Shown here: in pieces, positions 1 through 8,454 of the stretch | Layout: every line of letters begins with the position of its first letter | Position numbering within the stretch: position 1 is the stretch's first letter | Source: a virus | Length of the DNA stretch: 64,000 nucleotides | Virus record (IMG/VR): IMGVR_UViG_3300017788_000014 | Location: 15,682 to 79,681 of that record | Reading direction: 5' to 3' (one strand) | Program-made: the position numbers and the translations under genes | Notes under the pieces: generated by a model | The model's input: the letters and a program-made list of their open reading frames with translations, nothing else | What the model was told of the DNA's origin: nothing | Database searches by the model: none

Positions 1-483
1 ATGACAGAGTATATGCGCGAAATATGCGCGCGCGCGTTGTTTTACGCCGACACCATAGCGCAACAAACCGACCGGGGAGTTCTGATCTTGACAGAAATGC
101 TCATGATCAAAGCCACGTCGCCAGAAACGGCTGTTTTTGCTACAGAAATACCCCACTTTTCTAGCAAGGGGCATCCTTCAAACGCCGTGTCCGCCGCGAT
201 CGGACAAATTGAGCGCGCGATCGTGAGCGGCGACTTCGGATGGTATGCCAAAATCGGCCAGCCGCCTCTCGACGCTATGCTATTAATCGAGTCGGACTGC
301 AATCAAATGTTTGCGTGGCGAAATGTCGGCACCCGGCAGGCGCGACACTCAAATCGCCAATTCACTAAACCGACGCGCCGACACATCTATTTGACTCTTT
401 TTGGAAGAATAACGGCGCTAATTTTGCTCGCCAGAAGAACTGGACTTGCGCGGCAATCAGCACCCAAGAAAGAAAGGCATAAA

Positions 484-1272
484 ATGCCCACAGAAAAAGA
501 GGGCAGTTTGCTCAAGAACGCCAAGCGACAACCGGAAGCGATTACTATTCCGGTGCGCACAAAAGACGGTATCACCGTCAGGCTTCCCGTTAGCACAAGC
601 GACGGCCTATGCTCAGTCGATTTGACAGCAGCCGAGTTGCTCGAACGTTTCGGGGGTAACGCATCGCAGGTCGGGATCGAGTCGCTCGACCGCCGTGAGG
701 ACCACAAAAACTTGCGGCATCGCGTTGTCGACTTGGCGAAATCCTCGCGTCCAGAAGTTCGCAAACACCTTGCGCTGCGCGAGCACGAAAAGGTGATCGC
801 AGCGGTGGTGCCTGACGTTGTGACGGTTTTGTGCGAACGTATCGCTGCGCTGCAAAACGTGACGCTGGGTTCGCCGCCAGATGAGCAGACGGCAGAAGAG
901 GTCTGCAAGACGGCGCTGTACCACGCTTTGACGATTTTATCGCGGGTTGTTCGCGGATTACAGAACAATGTCCGCAAGGCCGCCATCGAGGACATGACCC
1001 GAGGGGCCGACGAAGAAGAACGACCGTTTACGGTCGATTTTCTGCCCGATTACGCTGCGCAGGTGTCGTTGGCTATCGAAACCCTCCTAAGCGGCGGAGA
1101 ACGCATCATGCCGATTGTGACGACAGAGGAGGAACTGGAGGCCGCAAAAACCGCCGCTGGATTGGAAGAAGCGCCAAGGTGGCGGTTGCACCACGAACGG
1201 AAGATCGAGGACGTGAACTGGTCACTCGTGGACGCCACAAAACCAGCCGCGGCGGGCGGCGCCGGGCGATAG
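484..1272 (+). CDS. hypothetical protein
   Basis: Within ORF 1..1272; likely start ATG 484 (MPTEKEG) after purine-rich AAGAAAGAAAGG; upstream part reads like non-coding sequence. Confidence 0.7.
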   Translation: MPTEKEGSLLKNAKRQPEAITIPVRTKDGITVRLPVSTSDGLCSVDLTAAELLERFGGNASQVGIESLDRREDHKNLRHRVVDLAKSSRPEVRKHLALREHEKVIAAVVPDVVTVLCERIAALQNVTLGSPPDEQTAEEVCKTALYHALTILSRVVRGLQNNVRKAAIEDMTRGADEEERPFTVDFLPDYAAQVSLAIETLLSGGERIMPIVTTEEELEAAKTAAGLEEAPRWRLHHERKIEDVNWSLVDATKPAAAGGAGR

Positions 1273-1299
1273 CGAGTACAATAAAACCTGTGCAGGTTT

Positions 1300-1372
1300 G
1301 CCGGTGTAACTCAGTTGGTAGAGTAGCAGTTTTGTAAACTGCCTGTCGTCGGTTCGACTCCGACCACCGGCT
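1300..1372 (+). tRNA. tRNA-Thr(UGU)
   Basis: Cloverleaf: acceptor GCCGGTG/CACCGGC, D-arm ACTC-AGTTGGTA-GAGT, anticodon stem GCAGT/ACTGC with loop TTTGTAA, T-arm GTCGG-TTCGACT-CCGAC; CCA not encoded. Confidence 0.95.
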
Positions 1373-1439
1373 TCGGGCGATCAAATTCGTGATCGCCCGT
1401 TTCACCCGTTCATCTCACAAGAGAAGAAAGACTACGTTC

Positions 1440-2189
1440 ATGACGATGTTGAAGAACAGCAAAAAGACCCGCGCGGCCAACGCGCATCTCGGACCAACCG
1501 ACGACAAGAGTGACGCCGCGATTGCCGGCAGGCTCAATGTCACTATTACAGCGCCCAACTTTAGGGAAATGTCGGTCGAAGTCGTCGGCGCAACACCGAT
1601 GGTGCAACTGGCGTTTGGCGAAAAGGCACGCAACGCCATGCGCGAAAAGCAGGCGGCGGGCTCGACCGCCAAAAGGGGTAAGCGAGAAGCCAAGGACTTC
1701 GAGGCTGCATTTGAGCAGGCCATCCACCGCAGCCGCGAAGGCTGGTGCGGTATTCCAGCCGGCGCTGTGCGAGCGGCAATGATTCGCGCCTGCTCGCTCG
1801 TCGGTTTTGAGATGGTCAAGGCCAAGATGTGTCTGTTTATCCGCGGCGATGGCTACGACGCGGTTGAGGGCACGCCGCTGATTAGGATGTTCCGCGTGGA
1901 CGAGGACGGTAACGAAATTGCAGCAGAGCCGCATCACGTTGAACACATGGTGCACAACGCCAACGGTGTTGCCGATATTCGTGTTCGGGCCATATACGAC
2001 GAGGGTTGGCGCGCCCGCATTCGCGTGCGTTACGACGCGGATATCTTTACCGCAGACGAAATCACTAATCTGCTGCACCGCGCCGGCTTGCAGGTCGGCG
2101 TCGGAGAGGGCCGCCCGTTTTCTCCGAAGAGTTGCGGCATGGGTTGGGGTCAGTTCGACCTTGTTCTCGATAACAATAACAACGGCTGA
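1440..2189 (+). CDS. Cas7/RAMP-like (RRM-fold) putative RNA-binding protein associated with the pentamer array
   Basis: Motif order matches RAMP/Cas7 proteins: first strand SVEVVGATPMV, GIPAGAVRAAM (cf. iPgsslKGalR), C-terminal glycine-rich loop AGLQVGVGEGRP...GMGWGQF; fold inferred by eye. Confidence 0.65.
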   Translation: MTMLKNSKKTRAANAHLGPTDDKSDAAIAGRLNVTITAPNFREMSVEVVGATPMVQLAFGEKARNAMREKQAAGSTAKRGKREAKDFEAAFEQAIHRSREGWCGIPAGAVRAAMIRACSLVGFEMVKAKMCLFIRGDGYDAVEGTPLIRMFRVDEDGNEIAAEPHHVEHMVHNANGVADIRVRAIYDEGWRARIRVRYDADIFTADEITNLLHRAGLQVGVGEGRPFSPKSCGMGWGQFDLVLDNNNNG

Positions 2190-2191
2190 GT

Positions 2192-2650
2192 ATGCCAAAC
2201 AAGCAAGCAATTCGCGTAGAACTCGCGCAACTGCAAAAAGAACACGGCCTATTGCGAGCCGAAGACGTTGTAAATTTTGCGAGAAATGAAGATACCGCGC
2301 TTCATGGTGAATTTGAATGGGACGACTCTGAAGCCGCCCATCAATATCGACTCGCTCAGGCGCGAAAAATTATTCGGGTCAACGTGCAGATTTTGCCAAC
2401 TGGGCATGATAACGTTGTTGTGCCCGTATACGTATCACTCGCACAAGATCGCGATCAACCCGGCGGTGGTTATCGCCGACTTGTAGATGTTATGAGCGAC
2501 GAAGAGTTGCGTGCGCAACTTTTACAACAAGCGCTGACCGATTTTGAGCGCGTTGGGCGTCGATACCGCACGCTGAAAGAACTAGCCCCGATTTTTGAGG
2601 CGCTAGAACAAATTTCGCAAGTTATTCGTGCAGAATTAACTCGTGTGTAA
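2192..2650 (+). CDS. conserved phage hypothetical protein, partner of the RAMP-like gene
   Basis: 152 aa ORF starting 2 nt after the previous stop; motif LHGEFEWDDSEAAHQYRLAQARKII; ends 14 nt before the array. Confidence 0.8.
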   Translation: MPNKQAIRVELAQLQKEHGLLRAEDVVNFARNEDTALHGEFEWDDSEAAHQYRLAQARKIIRVNVQILPTGHDNVVVPVYVSLAQDRDQPGGGYRRLVDVMSDEELRAQLLQQALTDFERVGRRYRTLKELAPIFEALEQISQVIRAELTRV

Positions 2651-2664
2651 CTGCTTTTAAACAC

Positions 2665-3327
2665 GGCAGGCACGGCAGGGTGCGGAGAGGCAAGGGAGGC
2701 GCGCCGCGGGGCGGCAGGCAAGGCTGGGCGAGGCGCGGCAGGTGTGGTCAGGCTGGTCAAGGCATGTTGAGGTTTGCTCCGGTCTGCTCTGGCAGGCATG
2801 GCAGGGCCGGGCGAGGACAGGAATGGCGCGGTTGGGTATGGCGCGGTCGGGCTGGGTACGGCAGGCAAGGACAGGAACGTCACGGCGGGGCAGGGACTGC
2901 ACGGGCACGGCAGGCGAGGCGCGATATGGCGTGGTCAGGTCGGGACAGGCGAGGCAGGCATGGCGTGACAAGGTAGGGCTGGGTAGGGTCTGTCATGGCA
3001 GGGCAGGCACGGCACGGCGTGTCCCGGTAAGATCGGGCACGGCAGGCTTGGACGGGCAAGGCTCGGACGGTAAGGTAACGCTCGCAAGGGCATGGCATGG
3101 CAGGCTTGGTAGGGCACGGCCACGCTCGCCGCGGCACGACACGGCAGGCACGGCTAGTCATGGTCGGGTTTGTCCCGGAGAGGTCGGGCTGGGTACGGCA
3201 GGTTCGGCAAGGACGGCTGGTCACGGTGAGGCTCGTCGCGGCAGGCAGGGTACGGCGCGGTTTGGCGCGGCACGGTTTGGCTCGGCACGGCAGGAATGGC
3301 GCGGCGCGGCTCGGCAGGGACTGGCAA
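2665..3327 (+). repeat. array of GG(C/T)NN pentamers in 14 units delimited by GGCA; putative guide-like ncRNA array
   Basis: 5-nt periodicity (e.g. GGCAT GGCAG GGCCG GGCGA GGACA GGAAT GGCGC GGTTG GGTAT); GGCA delimiters at 2665, 2713, 2737, 2791, 2860, 2909, 2953, 3002, 3041, 3099, 3143, 3197, 3240, 3289. Confidence 0.9.
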
Positions 3328-3343
3328 AGCGCCGCTATTAAAA

Positions 3344-3376
3344 CAAACACACGTTGTGCAGCGTGTGTTTGCCTTT
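3344..3376 (+). terminator. stem-loop closing the array
   Basis: CAAACACACG (3344-3353) pairs with CGTGTGTTTG (3362-3371), followed by CCTTT. Confidence 0.6.
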
Positions 3377-3403
3377 AAACTGCCGATTTGTTGTACTGGT
3401 GTT

Positions 3404-3661
3404 ATGAAACGATACCACGACGAAAAACACATCATCGAAAATCGGGCCAAAAAATACCGGCATATTAATGGCGGGTGGTTAGGCTATTCCGTGCCCAATA
3501 CCGGCGAACGACAACCTCACGCGCCAGAACCGGGACGCTACAGAAAAACATTACGTTGCGGCGGTTGTACCCGTGCGCGATGTCAGGTCTGTCATTCAAA
3601 CAAATATCCGAAACGTATTCCCACAAGGCGAGAACGCCAACAATGGCTCGAAAACGAGTAA
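3404..3661 (+). CDS. small Cys-rich hypothetical protein
   Basis: MKRYHDEKH...CGGCTRARCQVCH; ATG 3404. Confidence 0.6.
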   Translation: MKRYHDEKHIIENRAKKYRHINGGWLGYSVPNTGERQPHAPEPGRYRKTLRCGGCTRARCQVCHSNKYPKRIPTRRERQQWLENE

Positions 3662-4059
3662 ACGATTTTGGCGGAAGAAACGCCGCCGGCAACGGTAAGT
3701 GCCGCGCGCTTCTGGTCGGGCACAATCTAATCAGCATGCGCTGCATCTCGTGCAACAAACTCAACTACGTTGGGTTTCTTGAAACGCAACGCGCGGCAAA
3801 ACCGCGCTGTAATGCGTGCGGCGGCGGACTCTCTGAAATAGAAGAAAGTCACAAACGTCGAACTGGCTGCTCGTACAAAAGAATGGAGCGAGTAACCGCA
3901 GCCAATCTCGGCAAAAAACCATTTACGTGCGCAACCTGTAAAAAACATTTTAGATCGGCTGTCGCGCTTGGTTTGCACGTCAAAGAACAACATCCAGAAG
4001 CGCCGCCAATCGACGCGCACCAAATGGAACTTCGCGAGCGGTGGCGACGCACTCTTTAA
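3643..4059 (+). CDS. zinc-finger protein (CxxC ribbon plus C2H2 finger)
   Basis: CISC...CNAC and FTCATCKKHFRSAVALGLHVKEQH. Confidence 0.7.
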   Translation: MARKRVNDFGGRNAAGNGKCRALLVGHNLISMRCISCNKLNYVGFLETQRAAKPRCNACGGGLSEIEESHKRRTGCSYKRMERVTAANLGKKPFTCATCKKHFRSAVALGLHVKEQHPEAPPIDAHQMELRERWRRTL

Positions 4060-4088
4060 CCTTCAAGCAAAGAAAGATTTACACAACA

Positions 4089-4403
4089 ATGTCGAAGTAC
4101 GAAAAGCAAATTGAAACAGCAACCGCAAATCTTGCAGAAGCGGTATTTCACGAAACGCGCCTCGAAGACGGGCGTATCATGGAAAAGTTGGCCGCAATTG
4201 AACGCATCATGGCAGCCGGCGACAATCCACTAACTGGAAAAGCACATTCGTTTTCATCCGCTGAGGCGGTGGTCAATACCGATCCCGCATATCAGGATTA
4301 TCTCGCCGAGCAGCGCGAAGCAGTTCGCGCGCGTATTCTTGCGCGAGGGGCTTACGAGGCGGCGTTAGTTACCGCGCATCTTGCAGCGAAGGAGATGGCG
4401 TGA
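4089..4403 (+). CDS. hypothetical protein
   Basis: ORF MSKYEKQ..., overlaps next start. Confidence 0.7.
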   Translation: MSKYEKQIETATANLAEAVFHETRLEDGRIMEKLAAIERIMAAGDNPLTGKAHSFSSAEAVVNTDPAYQDYLAEQREAVRARILARGAYEAALVTAHLAAKEMA

Positions 4404-4834
4404 ACTTTTTCGAAGAAAACGACCAGCCGCAACAGCGCGTCGGCACTATTGAGCGGTTGCGCGATTTTGCACTGATTTGTTTCGATAAATTCCTCGCCGA
4501 GCGAGACGGCCGGCCGCAAATTTCAGATGTGGAAAAAATTTGCAGCGAATACTTGTCTGTCGGCGAAGTCGAAACAATTCTCAAAGAAAACTGCCAGTGC
4601 AATACTGACGGATTTTATGGTGTCGGCGGCGGCACAGTTGAAGAAGCCAACAAAAACATGGAAACGTTAATGACGGCGCTCATGCAGCGCATACTTTCAA
4701 ATGTCATTAGTGGCGGTGTGCGCGACGGCTGGTTAGACTGCGCGTTCGACTCCGAAAAAAATGATTTCTGTTTCAAGATTACCGACAAGGGTAAAGAAAT
4801 TGTCGAGCGAAGCGAATACAACGCAGACTCTTGA
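4400..4834 (+). CDS. hypothetical protein
   Basis: 144 aa ORF, GTGA overlap, upstream AAGGAG. Confidence 0.7.
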   Translation: MNFFEENDQPQQRVGTIERLRDFALICFDKFLAERDGRPQISDVEKICSEYLSVGEVETILKENCQCNTDGFYGVGGGTVEEANKNMETLMTALMQRILSNVISGGVRDGWLDCAFDSEKNDFCFKITDKGKEIVERSEYNADS

Positions 4835-5168
4835 CCATAATATTTACGCCGTACAGCAGATTTTCGAAGCCATCAAGGAATTCGAAAAAACGCAACGAGA
4901 ATTACGCGCATATGGCGCAAACGACACCGAACCCGACGGCGTTTTTCAGAATTTACTTTGGCGCGCTGTTTGTGGTGAGCAGCCCGAAATTCCGCGCAGC
5001 GAATTAGCGTGGGATTTGTATACGAACAGCATGGATTGCGAACAGGCGGCAAATAAATTGTACGACGCCGCCAAAGTTGTAGTAGACTTAATCGAAGCGT
5101 GCCCGGTTCGGCACCTGAAAGCGCTGCAGTATCGTTTAAAGTATTACTGCTGGAGGCTGAACATGTGA
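4761..5168 (+). CDS. hypothetical protein
   Basis: ORF in tightly packed operon; start uncertain. Confidence 0.6.
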   Translation: MISVSRLPTRVKKLSSEANTTQTLDHNIYAVQQIFEAIKEFEKTQRELRAYGANDTEPDGVFQNLLWRAVCGEQPEIPRSELAWDLYTNSMDCEQAANKLYDAAKVVVDLIEACPVRHLKALQYRLKYYCWRLNM

Positions 5169-5383
5169 ACCGGTTTTCTGGTCTATTAGGCGCAACCGTG
5201 CAACTGTTATTCGTCCAAGAAAAATTTTCTGCGGCGTTCGGTACCGTTCACGAAATTAGCCGACGACCGTGGGGGCAAGACGTCAGGACTTTTCTAAAAG
5301 TACAATTGCCCGACGGGCAATTCTGCGACTGCGTTTGTCCGCCCGATTATGTCGTTGTAGTAGACGAGAATAAACAGACGTAA
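5165..5383 (+). CDS. hypothetical protein
   Basis: GTG start overlapping previous stop, GGAGG upstream. Confidence 0.5.
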   Translation: MNRFSGLLGATVQLLFVQEKFSAAFGTVHEISRRPWGQDVRTFLKVQLPDGQFCDCVCPPDYVVVVDENKQT

Positions 5384-5392
5384 AGCAGCGCG

Positions 5393-7315
5393 TCAGTACG
5401 AAAAATACTGCCCGCTCATTTCGTCGTCACTCCAGTCTTCAATCGGCGTTTCAGCCGCTGCGAAGCGTTCTGAAACCCGACCCAAACCGGCTAGCGCAGC
5501 AAAATTCGGCCACGCGTCGTTTACGTGCCACAACGCGGCGGCGCCAATGTTCACCGCCTGCGCAAAATCGTCTGTCAGTAGCGTGTTGCGCGTAATTGTG
5601 TAAATGTCGCCGCCAAGCCGTGATTCTGTTTTGTTTTCAACCAAAGCGAGAAAATCCGACACCAGCCCCGGCGAATCCTGCGACGTCCAGTCGTATTGAA
5701 AAAATTGCATTTGCCGCAGTTTAATCGCCTGACAGGTGTAAAGCAGTGATCGCGTTTTGTCGAGGCTGTAGTGCGCACGATGATTCAGCGCTGTGGGTGG
5801 TTTGTACACCAACAAGTCCTGAGTGGCTGACCGTACGAGCCGCATGGCCAACACGCGCTCCAAATTAAATCCCGCCTGAACCATGACTGTTTCGCGAACC
5901 GTGCCGGCGCCGGTATAGTCGTGCGCAACAAAATCGCAATTGAACATTCGCGACCATTTCATGCACTCGACGGCCTCGGATAAATGATCGCCAGCCATCA
6001 ACAATCGTTTCGCCCAAAGAACGTCAATAAGGCCGTCGCTGCGAAAACCCATAACTGCCAGCACAGTAAAACTGATGCCTTCTTCTCCGCCGCCGCCCCA
6101 GTCAATCGCCAGCACACGATGCTTGTACTGGTCAAGATTTTCAAAACACTGCGGTTCGGGTTCTTTTTTGTTTTCCCACGGCAATGTACAGGCTGCCTTT
6201 AAATCCGTCTCGCTGATGAGTTTCTGCCCGGTGTCCATACTCTCGCCCATCACCTCGTTGTAAAACTGGGCTTGCGTCATGTTGCCAAAACCTTCGCGTT
6301 TTAACAACAGCGTCGACCACTTTTCGGGATCGGCGAAATGAAGCGGCAGAATGATCTGCGGTACGTGATAGCCGGCAAACTGCCAGCGCCGATCGGGATA
6401 GCGATGCACCCAGCGACCAAAACGCGGATTGATCGGTTTTTGACACTGCGCACAAACAGTGCCCGGCTGTTTCTCGCTGATATGCGGACTAAACGGCCCA
6501 ATCATTTTATCGAGATGGTATTCCACTGATGGAATGTTTTCAAAATTACACGACGTGCAGCGCACAAACCACTCCGCCTGCGACGAACGTTTAAACAATC
6601 CGTGAATCACGTTTTCGTGGGATTTTGGCGTCCCGGTAAAATATTGCACCGCGAACCGCGAATAACTCATCGTCTCTTGAATAATCGGAATATGATCCGG
6701 GTCCATATCCTGCACTTCGTCAATGCAGACACGATCTGCCGACACGCCGCGGATACGGTCGGCGTCCAATAGCGCAAACGAGAATAACATCATGGAGTTA
6801 TTCTTAAACGACCGCTGCAGCACAGAGTTTTCTGTCGTCGTGCCAGACCACAAAGACTTGACCGGCGACTGGTCAATAAAAGGTCGCACATAATTGTTGG
6901 AAAATCGGCGAATCTGCTCGTACAGAGGCGTAATAAACAGTGTTTTGAAAAACGGAATCGAGTTCGCTACAACCACGCCATGCGCCGCGAGTGACGTCGA
7001 TTTTGAAACCTGCCGGCCGGTGCACCAGACTTGATTTTTCGGCATCAGGCAGCGAAACAGGGGCGAAAACGGGTAGTGATTTTGCAATGTGTACGGCTTG
7101 CCGTTCAGATTCAACACAAGTGGTAAAATGGGTTCCAGCGACGGAAACGCCATTTTCTCCGCCAACAATTTCAAAATCACAGCCCGTTCTTGCACCGCTC
7201 GAAAATCATTAACGTCGACGGACGTTAGTTCGTTAAGCAAAGCATGCACTCCGGCTGTCGGAATGTCCTGCTTTGCCGATAGATGCGAGGTTTCTCGCAA
7301 AGTATGAGGTGCCAT
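5393..7315 (-). CDS. terL: phage terminase large subunit (GpA-like)
   Basis: Walker A-like GRQVSKST, Walker B VCIDEVQD, coupling motif GTPKS, CxxC pairs, RNase H-like VLAIDWGG and DDFAQA; start uncertain (ORF open to 7411). Confidence 0.85.
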   Translation of the reverse strand: MAPHTLRETSHLSAKQDIPTAGVHALLNELTSVDVNDFRAVQERAVILKLLAEKMAFPSLEPILPLVLNLNGKPYTLQNHYPFSPLFRCLMPKNQVWCTGRQVSKSTSLAAHGVVVANSIPFFKTLFITPLYEQIRRFSNNYVRPFIDQSPVKSLWSGTTTENSVLQRSFKNNSMMLFSFALLDADRIRGVSADRVCIDEVQDMDPDHIPIIQETMSYSRFAVQYFTGTPKSHENVIHGLFKRSSQAEWFVRCTSCNFENIPSVEYHLDKMIGPFSPHISEKQPGTVCAQCQKPINPRFGRWVHRYPDRRWQFAGYHVPQIILPLHFADPEKWSTLLLKREGFGNMTQAQFYNEVMGESMDTGQKLISETDLKAACTLPWENKKEPEPQCFENLDQYKHRVLAIDWGGGGEEGISFTVLAVMGFRSDGLIDVLWAKRLLMAGDHLSEAVECMKWSRMFNCDFVAHDYTGAGTVRETVMVQAGFNLERVLAMRLVRSATQDLLVYKPPTALNHRAHYSLDKTRSLLYTCQAIKLRQMQFFQYDWTSQDSPGLVSDFLALVENKTESRLGGDIYTITRNTLLTDDFAQAVNIGAAALWHVNDAWPNFAALAGLGRVSERFAAAETPIEDWSDDEMSGQYFSY

Positions 7316-7606
7316 ATGTGCAACAATATCATTATTGTTCAATGCGGCTGTGGAAGTCACAAACCACGGCGGAGTCGAAAGCCGCGTAAACGGCAAAAAC
7401 CGCAGTTGCACAGCAAACGAGAACCGGAATTACAGTGGGCAGAAGACGCCATGAATGACACGCTGAAAATAGCGGAAAAATCAATGGCCAATCTGTGCAT
7501 GACGGTAAAAGCCTTGTTTGTTCAGCGTCGGCTCGAATCTGTAACGCAGTGAACTGGCGGCGTATACTACGCAGTATTCGCCTCAACCATTACAGGAGTA
7601 AACAGC

Positions 7607-7840
7607 ATGCCTCATAATATCGGAAAAAGCGCAAAATTGTACCAAGAGCGGCGGCAGCCTGAATTTCAAGATACCCTACGCGGCCCGGGACCACAACTTT
7701 ATTTGCACGATAATGCCGTCAATTACCTGCCGCTAGAACCGCCCTACAAACCGGCAACCGTACATCCGGACGTCGCGCGCAACAACGTCGACACCGGGAA
7801 AACTGAAACGTGGCCATTTGGCGACAAATACCCCTACTAA
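7607..7840 (+). CDS. hypothetical protein
   Basis: 77 aa ORF with AGGAG RBS. Confidence 0.65.
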   Translation: MPHNIGKSAKLYQERRQPEFQDTLRGPGPQLYLHDNAVNYLPLEPPYKPATVHPDVARNNVDTGKTETWPFGDKYPY

Positions 7841-7843
7841 TCC

Positions 7844-8083
7844 ATGTTTGATATTTATGCGCACATCAACGTCATCTGTCTGAGAATCATAGCGGTTATC
7901 GTCGTGCTTTTTTTCTTAATGCCGTCGTGGTACTTTTTTTTCCTCGGCGCAATATCGATTTATTTTTTGTTGGTCGCAACAAATGCCTTTCGCCGCACCG
8001 AGATCGAGCAGGAGGAAGCCGCGCGGCAACAACGTTTACAGTACGAAAACCAGAGATTTAAACGCAGGAGGCATACGCCATGA
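7844..8083 (+). CDS. small membrane protein
   Basis: Long hydrophobic N-terminus, basic tail. Confidence 0.6.
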   Translation: MFDIYAHINVICLRIIAVIVVLFFLMPSWYFFFLGAISIYFLLVATNAFRRTEIEQEEAARQQRLQYENQRFKRRRHTP

Positions 8084-8451
8084 TGGCACCAATTTACTGG
8101 CTCGATTTTTTTGCGGTGATTTTTGCTTCGGGCGCGCTGATTGAAGTCTGGAACAAAGGCAGCATATTCGCGAACCTGCGCGCGCGCGTCGGCGCGCTGC
8201 GCGACGTCACGCCGCCAGAAACAGCCAAGGGCCTTGTGCTCGAACTGCTCGACTGCCCTTTTTGCCAGAGTTATCACGTTCCCGTGTATTTTTTGCTGGT
8301 CCTCTTGGCAGCGGACCAAATCGGCGGTATTCTGCCTGCTCTTGTTCGCGTGTTCGTCTACGGCTGGGCGGCAACACGACTGGGAAACTTGTTGAACGAT
8401 TTTTTACCCAATCGAATGCGATACAAGCCTGACTTCTTTCACGGGGAATAA
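8080..8451 (+). CDS. membrane protein, DUF1360-like
   Basis: Hydrophobic helices and LELLDCPFCQSYH motif. Confidence 0.55.
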   Translation: MMAPIYWLDFFAVIFASGALIEVWNKGSIFANLRARVGALRDVTPPETAKGLVLELLDCPFCQSYHVPVYFLLVLLAADQIGGILPALVRVFVYGWAATRLGNLLNDFLPNRMRYKPDFFHGE

Positions 8452-8454
8452 CAC

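Noticed and set aside
1-483. N-terminal extension of ORF 1-1272
   Set aside because: Reads as non-coding; a better start with a purine-rich leader is at 484
2665-3327. Canonical CRISPR array
   Set aside because: No identical 25-40 nt repeats alternating with unique spacers, and no cas1/cas2 in the window
2665-3327. Plain satellite or G-quadruplex tract as sole explanation
   Set aside because: Two-tier G4 folding is possible, but it does not explain the regular delimiters, diverse NN positions or linkage to a RAMP-like gene; kept only as a null model
2657-3450. Multiple overlapping ORFs across the array on both strands (e.g. 2742-3341, 2880-3350)
   Set aside because: They are low-complexity R/G/A or P/C/R translations produced by a stop-poor GC-rich repeat; the 5-nt period and 4-nt shifts do not fit codon structure
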